A stretch of 64,000 bases of DNA. It comes from a plasmid. Location: sequence record LC546831.1. One strand, 5' to 3'. The position numbers were made by a program, and so were the translations under genes. The notes beneath the pieces were generated by a model, which saw only the letters and a program-made list of their open reading frames with translations, was not told where the DNA came from and did not search any database. Below, one piece after another: positions 1-10,375 of the stretch (position 1 is the first letter of the stretch; every line of letters starts with the position of its first letter).

Positions 1-252
1 ATGTCACAAGCCGCAAGCGTAGTAACTTCCTCATCGAGAACGAAACGTTCCTATCGTAAGGGGAGCCCGTTGAGCGCCGCTGAACGGCAACAAATCTCTC
101 TGGAACGGAAGAAAAGCACACACAAAGAAGTACGTGTTTTTGTTAGAGACTCGCTCAAGCATCAACTTCAAAGCATGTGTGAACGAGAAGGCATTACACA
201 GGCAGAAATGATTGAGCGATTGATTGAGATGGAGTCGACAAGACACATTTGA
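1..252 (+). CDS. copB: Replication regulatory protein CopB (RepA2)-like, 83 aa
   Basis: N-terminus MSQ..., ...KEVRVFV..CEREGITQAE.IE..I resembles IncFII CopB/RepA2; lies directly upstream of the repA gene as in R100/R1-type replicons. Confidence 0.6.
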   Translation: MSQAASVVTSSSRTKRSYRKGSPLSAAERQQISLERKKSTHKEVRVFVRDSLKHQLQSMCEREGITQAEMIERLIEMESTRHI

Positions 253-680
253 AATGCAACGACATCACATTCTTGATCGTTGTAGCAGCGAGTGCTAGAT
301 TACTGATCGTTTAGCAGAATTTTTGGTTGGCCACGCCGCAAGGTGGCAGGGAAGTGGTTCTGAGGCTGTTACCAGAACACGGAAAAGCAAAAACCCCGAT
401 AATCTTCTCATCTTGGCGGAGGGAAAGACTACCGGGGCTCACTTAAAACTGTATAGAAGCGTTGCTCTATGCAGGGAGTATAGAATTGTGCCAAAAAAAA
501 TTCAACTCCTTCTGCGCAACATAAGCGAAGGGCTATTTGAATAGCCAGTTTGCGAATGTTGAGCACAACATCAATGAATCCAGTAGCTCCCGGCGTGGCG
601 AGGCTAATGCGTTGCGGCGCGGGCAACAAAAAATTCATCGTCGCTATACGCCTAATCTGTGCTGCCGGGTGCCGAAGGGC
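253..680. promoter_or_regulatory. Expected copy-number control region (copA/inc antisense RNA, repA leader) between copB and repA
   Basis: Positional inference from IncFII architecture only. I did not map promoters or RNA ends. Confidence 0.3.
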
Positions 681-1628
681 ATGGCAAGCAAAGTAGTTGC
701 TCGCATGAGCAGTCACGACTGGCGGCGTAATGATGATCTGATCGAGCTGCGCCGGCAGGGCTACATCCCTTATACACAGCGAAACAACCCCGACTACCGC
801 CCTAAACCGATGCGCATCGCCGCGCGGTCGGAGAGCCGTGAAGCGCTGACGGTGCTTTCCCTCGTGCTGGGCGCAAACTGCGACTATAACCCGGACAGCG
901 ACTACCCGTTCGAGATAATGCTGCCTTTCGAAGACGTGGCCAAAGCCATGGGAGTGCTGCATGTCTACGAAAGCGGCCGCAAAGCCTATGATGTGGCTCT
1001 GCACGCGCTGTCGGTGCTCGAGCAGTTGGACTATCTCATCGTATCGCGCGGGCAAGATACCGATACCGGCCAGAACAAACCGCTGCGTATCTGGCTGACG
1101 GAGAACTTCTTCACCAGTCGCGGCATCCAGGTGGACGAAATTCGGCAGTGGCTGAACCAATACCGGCTGTGGGCGATTAAAAACGGCCTGACTGAAACGC
1201 TCAGGCAAAAATACGAGCGCCACCTGGTGCGCATCGCGCATCTGGGGATCGACATCGAGCGTAAGCACTCGCTGAAAAACCGGCTGAAAAAGATTCGGCG
1301 GTGGGTGGTGAGTCCCGACCTGCAAAACCTTAAGCGCGGCGCGGAACAGGCGATTGGCAACGAACTGGCCAGGCGGCAGCAGAACGAGCAGCGATTGGAT
1401 ACGCTGCTGGATGACACCGCCGCCGGCATCAAAAAGCTGGCCGCAGCACGTCGCCAGAAGCGGAACGGCTTTTATCAGGCCTGGGTGCAGTGGACGATGG
1501 GCAGCTCGCCGCTGAAGGCGATGGAGCTGGAAAATACGCTCAAACGTGAACAGCCTGGACTGCTGAACAGCGATCCAGAGGCATTCTACCGGCTGCTGCT
1601 GGAGCGTGCCGGCGCCATTCCAGGCTAA
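681..1628 (+). CDS. repA: Replication initiation protein RepA (IncFII-family RepA1-like); start uncertain (ORF opens at 537, Met codons at 681 and 717)
   Basis: 315-aa basic protein following copB; arginine/lysine-rich C-terminal half typical of RepA1-type initiators; followed by a noncoding repeat region (ori). Confidence 0.6.
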   Translation: MASKVVARMSSHDWRRNDDLIELRRQGYIPYTQRNNPDYRPKPMRIAARSESREALTVLSLVLGANCDYNPDSDYPFEIMLPFEDVAKAMGVLHVYESGRKAYDVALHALSVLEQLDYLIVSRGQDTDTGQNKPLRIWLTENFFTSRGIQVDEIRQWLNQYRLWAIKNGLTETLRQKYERHLVRIAHLGIDIERKHSLKNRLKKIRRWVVSPDLQNLKRGAEQAIGNELARRQQNEQRLDTLLDDTAAGIKKLAAARRQKRNGFYQAWVQWTMGSSPLKAMELENTLKREQPGLLNSDPEAFYRLLLERAGAIPG

Positions 1629-1807
1629 TTTCCCGAACATATCGTGCTTTACCCTGCCTGACCCGCGGGGATTTTGTGCTGCCTGTTTCCCGCCGCTGAT
1701 GCCTGGTTGGCCATTGTTCCGGCCTGTTTCGGCAGATGCCGGCATGATTTTCGCGACCGCCGACGTCGATCGGGGACGCAGACAATAGCGATCGACGAGG
1801 AATAACC

Positions 1808-1880
1808 CTTTAACTTCGACATTAACTTCGTAATCTGCATTAACTTCGAAAAGGTACTCAGTAATATGCTTAATTTCGAA
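1808..1880. repeat. Four copies of TTAACTTCG (fourth TTAATTTCG) at 1810, 1822, 1840 and 1870, downstream of repA; candidate ori element
   Basis: Direct reading of the repeats; spacing increases 12, 18, 30 bp; position matches oriR downstream of repA1 in IncFII replicons. Confidence 0.45.
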
Positions 1881-2677
1881 AGTTGTTTCTGAACAAACTA
1901 AGCCCTTTAAAAAGGGAGTAACTCAGCGCACCGGCTGACGCCGGGTGCTGTTGAGTACGTCCCTCGCTTCGCTCGGGCAAAAAACAACATCGCCCTTAAC
2001 ATCCCAATCACACTCAGCAAAACCTGAAGTAGCTCCTGCAGCAATAGCTGCAGGCAGAAGACTCTGCACCCAAGCAAAAACCGTGAAAATTTCTCAGCAA
2101 ACCGAACTCACCAACCTCAGCCCCACAATCCTCCTCACCACCGCTGAAAAGCGCCGCCGCCCCGGCCCAAAGGGCCGGAACAGAGTCGCTTTTAATGATG
2201 GATGTTGTAACTAGAAATTGAGTGGCTTTCAGATGTGTTGCTGAACGTTCTGCTTACACGCCCATAAGCGGCCCTCACGGCCCGCTAACGCGGAGATACG
2301 CCCCGGCGGCGGCTACGCCTTGCCGTGACCACTCCGACGGCGCACACAAAGATACGCATCGCATTTAACGGAACTGGTCTTGCAGGGCGAGGGATGGGAT
2401 AGGCGATACCTATCAGTCCTGGGCGGCTTCGCCGCGCGACCGGCGACCCTTACCAGCTGATGTTCTCTTGTAGACCTGCTGTCGCCTGCATGCGCTGACG
2501 CGCATAAAGAGATTGATTCTTAGTTAACAGTCGGTTCGTTGTGAAAAATCTCAAGAAGAACCATGCTAGGTGAAATTTGATAGTCCAGGGAAAGGAGAGC
2601 GATTTGCGGTCCTTTAACTTTGACCTGTTGGCTGGCTGGCAGTAGCGTGAGGTTTTGGGTTATGAGGGAATAAAACA

Positions 2678-2872
2678 ATGAAGAAGAACGGTCAATTTAC
2701 CGGAATTTGTGTGTTGAGTGCTATCTACCTGGCGGCTACCGCTGGTAAGCTCGACCAGCTGCAAGGAGATGTTCTGGGCTCTGTTCTGTGGGTGTTGGCA
2801 GTGATTCCTGGCGGTATGTGGTTAATCGCACAAGCCCTGGGGGCGATACACAAAACGTTGCTCAGATTGTGA
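2678..2872 (+). CDS. Small hydrophobic protein (64 aa, two predicted TM segments), unknown function
   Basis: ORF with hydrophobic stretches; no recognisable family. Confidence 0.3.
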   Translation: MKKNGQFTGICVLSAIYLAATAGKLDQLQGDVLGSVLWVLAVIPGGMWLIAQALGAIHKTLLRL

Positions 2873-2920
2873 GGAGTACAGCAATTGACGCAATGTTTGG
2901 CAATAAGGCGTGATTTGAAA

Positions 2921-2945
2921 AAAGCCGCCCATAAGAGCGGCTATA
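2921..2945 (-). terminator. Rho-independent terminator read on the minus strand (AGCCGCTCTTATGGGCGGCT followed by TTTTTT); now separated from the toxin gene it probably served by the Tn3-family insertion
   Basis: Stem GCCGC/GCGGC plus T-run on the minus strand; sits immediately outside the transposon IR at 2949. Confidence 0.4.
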
Positions 2946-3095
2946 AACGGGGTCTGACGCTCAGTGGAACGAAAACTCACGTTAAGGGATTTTGGTCATG
3001 AGATTATCAAAAAGGATCTTCACCTAGATCCTTTTAAATTAAAAATGAAGTTTTAAATCAATCTAAAGTATATATGAGTAAACTTGGTCTGACAG

Positions 3096-3968
<873 letters not shown>

Positions 3969-4105
3969 TCAATATTATTGAAGCATTTATCAGGGTTATT
4001 GTCTCATGAGCGGATACATATTTGAATGTATTTAGAAAAATAAACAAATAGGGGTTCCGCGCACATTTCCCCGAAAAGTGCCACCTGACGTCTAAGAAAC
4101 CATTA

Positions 4106-4165
4106 TTATCATGACATTTATTATCATGACATTTATTATCATGACATTTATTATCATGACATTAA
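4106..4165. repeat. Tandem 15-bp repeat (ATCATGACATTTATT, three extra copies) between the tnpR stop and the bla promoter region
   Basis: Sequence ATTATT(ATCATGACATTTATT)x3ATCATGACATTAACC; canonical Tn3 has a single ATTATTATCATGACATTAACC here. Confidence 0.8.
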
Positions 4166-4183
4166 CCTATAAAAATAAGCGTA

Positions 4184-4903
<720 letters not shown>

Positions 4904-7900
4904 ATGCCCGTTGACTTTCTGACCACTGAGCAGACTGAAAGCTATGGCAGATTCACCGGTGAACCGGATGAGCTTCAGCTGGCACGATATTTTCATCTTG
5001 ATGAAGCAGACAAGGAATTTATCGGAAAAAGCAGAGGTGATCACAACCGTCTGGGCATTGCCCTGCAAATTGGATGTGTCCGTTTTCTGGGCACCTTCCT
5101 CACCGATATGAATCATATTCCTTCCGGCGTCCGGCATTTTACCGCCAGACAGCTCGGGATTCGTGATATCACCGTTCTTGCAGAATACGGTCAGAGGGAA
5201 AATACCCGCCGTGAGCATGCAGCGCTGATACGTCAGCACTATCAGTATCGTGAATTTGCCTGGCCCTGGACATTTCGCCTTACCCGTCTTTTATATACCC
5301 GGAGCTGGATAAGCAACGAACGTCCTGGCCTGCTTTTCGATCTGGCGACAGGGTGGCTTATGCAACATCGTATTATTCTCCCCGGAGCCACTACGCTGAC
5401 CCGGTTGATTTCAGAGGTAAGGGAAAAGGCGACGTTGCGCCTGTGGAACAAACTGGCACTGATACCGTCAGCCGAACAACGTTCACAGCTGGAGATGCTG
5501 CTGGGGCCAACTGATTGCAGCCGCCTGTCTTTACTGGAATCACTGAAAAAAGGCCCTGTGACCATCAGTGGTCCGGCGTTTAATGAAGCAATTGAACGCT
5601 GGAAAACTCTGAACGATTTTGGCTTGCATGCTGACAACCTGAGTACACTCCCGGCTGTGCGCCTGAAAAATCTCGCACGTTATGCTGGTATGACTTCGGT
5701 GTTCAATATTGCCAGGATGTCACCGCAGAAAAGGATGGCGGTTCTGGTTGCCTTTGTCCTTGCATGGGAAACGCTGGCGTTGGATGATGCACTGGACGTT
5801 CTGGACGCCATGCTGGCCGTTATCATCCGTGACGCCAGAAAGATTGGGCAGAAAAAACGGCTCCGCTCGCTGAAGGATCTGGATAAATCTGCATTGGCGC
5901 TCGCCAGCGCATGTTCGTACCTGCTGAAAGAAGAAACACCGGACGAATCGATTCGTGCTGAGGTGTTCAGCTACATCCCCAGGCAAAAGCTGGCTGAAAT
6001 CATCACGCTTGTCCGTGAAATTGCCCGGCCCTCAGACGATAATTTTCATGAAGAAATGGTGGAGCAGTACGGGCGCGTTCGTCGTTTCCTGCCCCATCTG
6101 CTGAATACCGTTAAATTTTCATCCGCACCTGCCGGGGTTACCACTCTGAATGCCTGTGACTACCTCAGCCGGGAGTTCAGCTCACGGCGGCAGTTTTTTG
6201 ACGACGCACCAACGGAAATTATCAGTCGGTCATGGAAACGGCTGGTGATTAACAAGGAAAAACATATCACCCGCAGGGGATACACGCTCTGCTTTCTCAG
6301 TAAACTGCAGGATAGTCTGAGGCGGAGGGATGTCTACGTTACCGGCAGTAACCGGTGGGGAGATCCCCGAGCAAGATTACTACAGGGTGCTGACTGGCAG
6401 GCAAACCGGATTAAGGTTTATCGTTCTCTGGGACACCCGACAGACCCGCAGGAAGCAATAAAATCTCTGGGTCATCAGCTTGATAGTCGTTACAGACAGG
6501 TTGCTGCACGTCTTGGCGAAAATGAGGCTGTCGAACTCGATGTTTCTGGCCCGAAGCCCCGGTTGACAATTTCTCCCCTCGCCAGTCTTGATGAGCCGGA
6601 CAGTCTGAAACGACTGAGCAAAATGATCAGTGATCTGCTCCCTCCGGTGGATTTAACGGAGTTGCTGCTCGAAATTAACGCCCATACCGGATTTGCTGAT
6701 GAGTTTTTCCATGCTAGTGAAGCCAGTGCCAGAGTTGATGATCTGCCCGTCAGCATCAGCGCCGTGCTGATGGCTGAAGCCTGCAATATCGGTCTGGAAC
6801 CACTGATCAGATCAAATGTTCCTGCACTGACCCGACACCGGCTGAACTGGACAAAAGCGAACTATCTGCGGGCTGAAACTATCACCAGCGCTAATGCCAG
6901 ACTGGTTGATTTTCAGGCAACGCTGCCACTGGCACAGATATGGGGTGGCGGAGAAGTGGCATCTGCAGATGGAATGCGCTTTGTTACGCCAGTCAGAACA
7001 ATCAATGCCGGACCGAACCGCAAATACTTTGGTAATAACAGAGGGATCACCTGGTACAACTTTGTGTCCGATCAGTATTCCGGCTTTCATGGCATCGTTA
7101 TACCGGGGACGCTGAGGGACTCTATCTTTGTGCTGGAAGGCCTTCTGGAACAGGAGACCGGGCTGAATCCAACCGAAATTATGACCGATACAGCAGGTAC
7201 CAGCGAACTTGTCTTTGGCCTTTTCTGGCTGCTGGGATACCAGTTTTCTCCACGCCTGGCTGATGCCGGTGCTTCGGTTTTCTGGCGAATGGGCCATGAT
7301 GCCAACTATGGCGTGCTGAATGATATTGCCAGAGGGCAATCAGATCCCCGAAAAATAGTCCTTCAGTGGGACGAAATGATCCGGACCGCTGGCTCCCTGA
7401 AACTGGGCAAAGTACAGGCTTCAGTGCTGGTCCGTTCATTGCTGAAAAGTGAACGTCCTTCCGGACTGACTCAGGCAATCATTGAAGTGGGGCGCATCAA
7501 CAAAACGCTGTATCTGCTTAATTATATTGATGATGAAGATTACCGCCGGCGCATTCTGACCCAGCTTAATCGGGGAGAAAGCCGCCATGCCGTTGCCAGA
7601 GCCATCTGTCACGGTCAAAAAGGTGAGATAAGAAAACGATATACCGACGGTCAGGAAGATCAACTGGGCGCACTGGGGCTGGTCACTAACGCCGTCGTGT
7701 TATGGAACACTATGTATATGCAGGCAGCCCTGGATCATCTCCGGGCGCAAGGTGAAACACTGAATGATGAAGATATCGCACGCCTCTCCCCGCTTTGCCA
7801 CGGACATATCAATATGCTCGGCCATTATTCCTTCACGCTGGCAGAACTGGTGACCAAAGGACATCTGAGACCATTAAAAGAGGCGTCAGAGGTAGAAAAC

Positions 7901-7909
7901 GTTGCTTAA
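4904..7909 (+). CDS. tnpA: Tn3-family transposase TnpA (1001 aa)
   Basis: 1001-aa ORF MPVDFLTTEQTESYGRFTGEPDELQLARYFHL... ending 4 bp inside the right IR, as in Tn3. Confidence 0.97.
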   Translation: MPVDFLTTEQTESYGRFTGEPDELQLARYFHLDEADKEFIGKSRGDHNRLGIALQIGCVRFLGTFLTDMNHIPSGVRHFTARQLGIRDITVLAEYGQRENTRREHAALIRQHYQYREFAWPWTFRLTRLLYTRSWISNERPGLLFDLATGWLMQHRIILPGATTLTRLISEVREKATLRLWNKLALIPSAEQRSQLEMLLGPTDCSRLSLLESLKKGPVTISGPAFNEAIERWKTLNDFGLHADNLSTLPAVRLKNLARYAGMTSVFNIARMSPQKRMAVLVAFVLAWETLALDDALDVLDAMLAVIIRDARKIGQKKRLRSLKDLDKSALALASACSYLLKEETPDESIRAEVFSYIPRQKLAEIITLVREIARPSDDNFHEEMVEQYGRVRRFLPHLLNTVKFSSAPAGVTTLNACDYLSREFSSRRQFFDDAPTEIISRSWKRLVINKEKHITRRGYTLCFLSKLQDSLRRRDVYVTGSNRWGDPRARLLQGADWQANRIKVYRSLGHPTDPQEAIKSLGHQLDSRYRQVAARLGENEAVELDVSGPKPRLTISPLASLDEPDSLKRLSKMISDLLPPVDLTELLLEINAHTGFADEFFHASEASARVDDLPVSISAVLMAEACNIGLEPLIRSNVPALTRHRLNWTKANYLRAETITSANARLVDFQATLPLAQIWGGGEVASADGMRFVTPVRTINAGPNRKYFGNNRGITWYNFVSDQYSGFHGIVIPGTLRDSIFVLEGLLEQETGLNPTEIMTDTAGTSELVFGLFWLLGYQFSPRLADAGASVFWRMGHDANYGVLNDIARGQSDPRKIVLQWDEMIRTAGSLKLGKVQASVLVRSLLKSERPSGLTQAIIEVGRINKTLYLLNYIDDEDYRRRILTQLNRGESRHAVARAICHGQKGEIRKRYTDGQEDQLGALGLVTNAVVLWNTMYMQAALDHLRAQGETLNDEDIARLSPLCHGHINMLGHYSFTLAELVTKGHLRPLKEASEVENVA

Positions 7910-7984
7910 CGTGAGTTTTCGTTCCACTGAGCGTCAGACCCCTAAACCTTACGGTTTTACCAGCTTTCGCCGGCTCCGGAACCC

Positions 7985-8056
7985 TTACAGGAACCAGTTG
8001 ATCAGTTGCAATACAGCCGCAACTAAGGTCAGAATCGCGATAATCAGCTCAATCAT
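7985..8056 (-). CDS. Candidate TisB-like type I toxin, 23 aa MIELIIAILTLVAAVLQLINWFL (upstream in-frame ATG at 8071 would give 28 aa MEVRG...)
   Basis: Short all-hydrophobic ORF preceded by GGAGG with 7-nt spacing; core AILTLVAAVLQLI resembles TisB IAILILKLIVAALQLL; about 270-nt leader; a perfect antisense partner lies upstream (next entries). Confidence 0.4.
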   Translation of the reverse strand: MIELIIAILTLVAAVLQLINWFL

Positions 8057-8141
8057 CCCCCGCACCTCCATCTCTGTGGCGCGTAGGTTACTAGGCAGTC
8101 ACCTTTCCTCTAATCCGCCCATCCGGATATGCCATTCACTT

Positions 8142-8165
8142 CGCTAAAAGAAGAATTTCACCACG
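8142..8165. repeat. 24-bp perfect direct repeat CGCTAAAAGAAGAATTTCACCACG, copy 1, inside the leader of the candidate toxin mRNA, 86-109 nt upstream of its start codon
   Basis: Identical 24-mer occurs again at 8400-8423. Confidence 0.9.
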
Positions 8166-8365
8166 CTGCCGCCCAGGCCGCCGGGGGCTAACCCGGACAG
8201 AGGGCTTGCACCACTCTCACAACCTAAATTATGAAATTGGCACTGTTTCACTACATATTCAGTTTCTAAGGAGAACATAATGGCTACTGAATAGGACGGT
8301 TCCACGGGTGTTTCAACTCCAGCTGCATGATTATAAGCAGAAAAATGGATTGATCTACAGCTTGT

Positions 8366-8394
8366 TTGATTCACTGTGAGATACGGCGTATAAT
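8366..8394 (+). promoter_or_regulatory. Near-consensus sigma70 promoter TTGATT-17 bp-TATAAT driving a plus-strand small RNA
   Basis: TTGATT at 8366-8371, 17-bp spacer, TATAAT at 8389-8394; predicted TSS near 8401, the first base of repeat copy 2. Confidence 0.5.
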
Positions 8395-8400
8395 TAAGCC

Positions 8401-8491
8401 GCTAAAAGAAGAATTTCACCACGTTGTATGTATGCTGCCCTCGCTAAGTAGCTTACTACAGAGTAAAAAACCCGCATACTTGCGGGTTTTT
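8401..8491 (+). ncRNA. Candidate IstR-1-like antitoxin sRNA of about 90 nt. Its 5-prime 23-24 nt are perfectly complementary to the toxin mRNA leader, and it ends at a strong intrinsic terminator
   Basis: Promoter at 8366-8394; the transcript begins with repeat copy 2 (8400-8423), which equals copy 1 on the same DNA strand, so the RNA is antisense to the minus-strand toxin transcript; the terminator hairpin CCCGCATACTTGCGGG plus T6 lies at 8470-8491. Confidence 0.4.
8464..8491. terminator. Bidirectional rho-independent terminator (AAAAAACCCGCATACTTGCGGGTTTTTT) serving the minus-strand umuC operon and the plus-strand sRNA
   Basis: GC stem with A-run and T-run on either side, located 7 bp after the umuC stop. 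Confidence 0.7.
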
Positions 8492-8497
8492 TACTTT

Positions 8498-9760
8498 CTA
8501 AGTCAGTTTAGCCACCGGTATATCCTGAATTCTCGTTGTGTAGCAGGGGGATAATAACTCGCGGCGCATCGCCCAGGTTGTATTGCGTCCCTGGCCGGCA
8601 AACCAAACTTTCCCCAACCCGGACTGGTTTATACCATCGATAACCGTCATCAGTTGTTCACTGCCGGCGCGCGGCGGCTGTTCGTCGAATAGGTCTATCT
8701 GGCCGGGCTTGTCGCAGAAATCGTTCAACATGATCCCCACTTTTTGATAGCGAAACCCGTCACGCCAGATCGCATCGAGGGCTTTTACTGCTGCTGCAAC
8801 AATGTCGCGCGTGTCTTGTGTGGCCAGCATGAGCTGCACGCTGTGGCTGTTGGCGTAATAAGGCTCATGAGGTGCAAAGGGGCTGGTTCGCGCAAACACC
8901 GAAATGTGCCGGCAGTATTGCCTCTCGCGGCGCAATTTCTCGGAAGCGCGCTCTGCGTATTGGCACACCGCCTGGCGCATGTCCTGCAGCTGCGTGACGC
9001 GCTGGCCAAATGACCGGCTGACGATGATCTGCTGCTTTGCCGGCAGCGCATCGATCGAGATACACGGCACACCGTTCAGTTCACGCACGGTGCGCTCGAG
9101 CACAACCCCGAACGTCCTGCGTATCAACGCCTGATTGCTGTCGGCAAGCTGCAGTGCAGTCGTGATCCCCATCGCAGCCAGCTTTTTGGTCAACTGGCGC
9201 CCACATCCCCAAATTTCGCTGACCGGCAGTAACGCCATCAACCGACGTTGTCTATCCCGGTTTGTCAGATCAACGACGCCACCGGTAGCCGGCCAGGTTT
9301 TAGCGGCGTGATTGGCGAGTTTGGCCAGGGTCATTGTCTGAGCAAGGCCGATCCCGCAGGTGAGCCCGGTTTGCTGAAGCACCGTATCACGGACTCGGCG
9401 CCCGTAGTCTTCGAATGACTCTGTGGCATCGATGCCGGCAACGTGAAGAAATGCCTCGTCGATGCTATAGATTGTCATCGCCGGCGCGAGGGATTCTAAA
9501 ATCGTCATGCAGCGTGCCGACATGTCGCCGTACAAGGCATAATTGCTTGAAAAGACGGTTACATTTTGATTTTTAATGATTTCCTTGGCCTGGAAAAACG
9601 GCATGCCACGTTTGAGACCGAGCTTTTTCCCCTCCCGGTTGATCGCCACCAGGGCACCATCATTATTCGAAAGCACGGCGACCGGTCTGCCTTTCAGATC
9701 TGGCCGGAAGACCTGTTCGCAGGCACAGTACATCGAATTGACGTCAGCCAGCAAAAACAT
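8498..9760 (-). CDS. umuC: Error-prone DNA polymerase V subunit UmuC/MucB/ImpB family (Y-family polymerase); start likely MFLLADVNSMY (9760), track ORF begins at 9766
   Basis: Strong similarity to UmuC along the whole length (MF..CDVN..Y..CE.VFRP.L.G.PV.VLSNNDG..., SIDEAF, TLAKLANHAAK). Confidence 0.9.
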   Translation of the reverse strand: MFLLADVNSMYCACEQVFRPDLKGRPVAVLSNNDGALVAINREGKKLGLKRGMPFFQAKEIIKNQNVTVFSSNYALYGDMSARCMTILESLAPAMTIYSIDEAFLHVAGIDATESFEDYGRRVRDTVLQQTGLTCGIGLAQTMTLAKLANHAAKTWPATGGVVDLTNRDRQRRLMALLPVSEIWGCGRQLTKKLAAMGITTALQLADSNQALIRRTFGVVLERTVRELNGVPCISIDALPAKQQIIVSRSFGQRVTQLQDMRQAVCQYAERASEKLRRERQYCRHISVFARTSPFAPHEPYYANSHSVQLMLATQDTRDIVAAAVKALDAIWRDGFRYQKVGIMLNDFCDKPGQIDLFDEQPPRAGSEQLMTVIDGINQSGLGKVWFAGQGRNTTWAMRRELLSPCYTTRIQDIPVAKLT

Positions 9761-9762
9761 GA

Positions 9763-10188
9763 TCACCTCACGAACGAGTGCAGGGCATGGATTACGACCC
9801 CGAAAATTTCCAGTTCTTCGGGGTAAATAGGGCTATAGGCAGGATTCATCGGCGCCAGACAAACCCTGGGTGTCAGCAGCAGCCGCTTGACAGTAAATTC
9901 ACCGTCGACCGCAGCGATAACGATGCTGCCATGTACAGGTTTCTCCGCGCGATCGACGATCAGTAAATCCCCTGAAAGTATGCCGCCATCACTCATTGAC
10001 TCTCCCGTTGCGCGGATAAAATACGTGGCTGCCGGATGTCGGATAAAATCATTTAAATCAATCGACTGCTCAATATAATCGTCGGCAGGGCTGGGGAAGC
10101 CTGCCGGGCATGGCGTCCCGTAGAGTGGGAGTTTGATCGGTTGGCCTGGTGAAAAAAAATACAATTCGCGCGTGTTCATAATAGGCAT
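9763..10188 (-). CDS. umuD: UmuD/MucA/ImpA-like LexA-type self-cleaving protein (141 aa), abutting umuC
   Basis: S24 peptidase-like C-terminus ([15 protein letters not shown]); Ala-Gly cleavage site in CPAGFPSPA; LexA box immediately upstream. Confidence 0.88.
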   Translation of the reverse strand: MPIMNTRELYFFSPGQPIKLPLYGTPCPAGFPSPADDYIEQSIDLNDFIRHPAATYFIRATGESMSDGGILSGDLLIVDRAEKPVHGSIVIAAVDGEFTVKRLLLTPRVCLAPMNPAYSPIYPEELEIFGVVIHALHSFVR

Positions 10189-10195
10189 AATTTAT

Positions 10196-10211
10196 CTGTA
10201 TATATATACAG
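10196..10211. promoter_or_regulatory. Canonical LexA (SOS) box CTGTATATATATACAG 8 bp upstream of umuD
   Basis: Perfect CTGT-N8-ACAG palindrome read directly. Confidence 0.85.
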
Positions 10212-10375
10212 TAAATCATAAACGAAACGTGCAGCCATGCAAGCCTGAAACCGGGTCTCGTAGCGCGATCCGACGTAATATAATAATTTTCTGAGTGATT
10301 TTCTCTGCAGCTTTTGACGTTGTTCGTGTGTGTTTGCACACATGATATCCACCAAAACTGTGGATAACGCGCCGC

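Noticed and set aside
429-1745. 438-aa minus-strand ORF covering repA
   Set aside because: It runs antisense to the conserved repA gene in high-GC DNA and its translation is protein-unlike. It looks like a GC-driven open frame.
8323-8340. Possible LexA box for the toxin promoter (CTGCATGATTATAAGCAG)
   Set aside because: The spacing is CTG-N12-CAG, not the CTGT-N8-ACAG consensus seen upstream of umuD. It is not a credible SOS box.
8144-8374. 76-aa minus-strand ORF between the toxin promoter and the toxin ORF
   Set aside because: It lies in the long leader of the candidate type I toxin mRNA and contains the sRNA target repeat. By analogy with untranslated tisA it is more likely structured UTR than a gene, and it has no convincing RBS.
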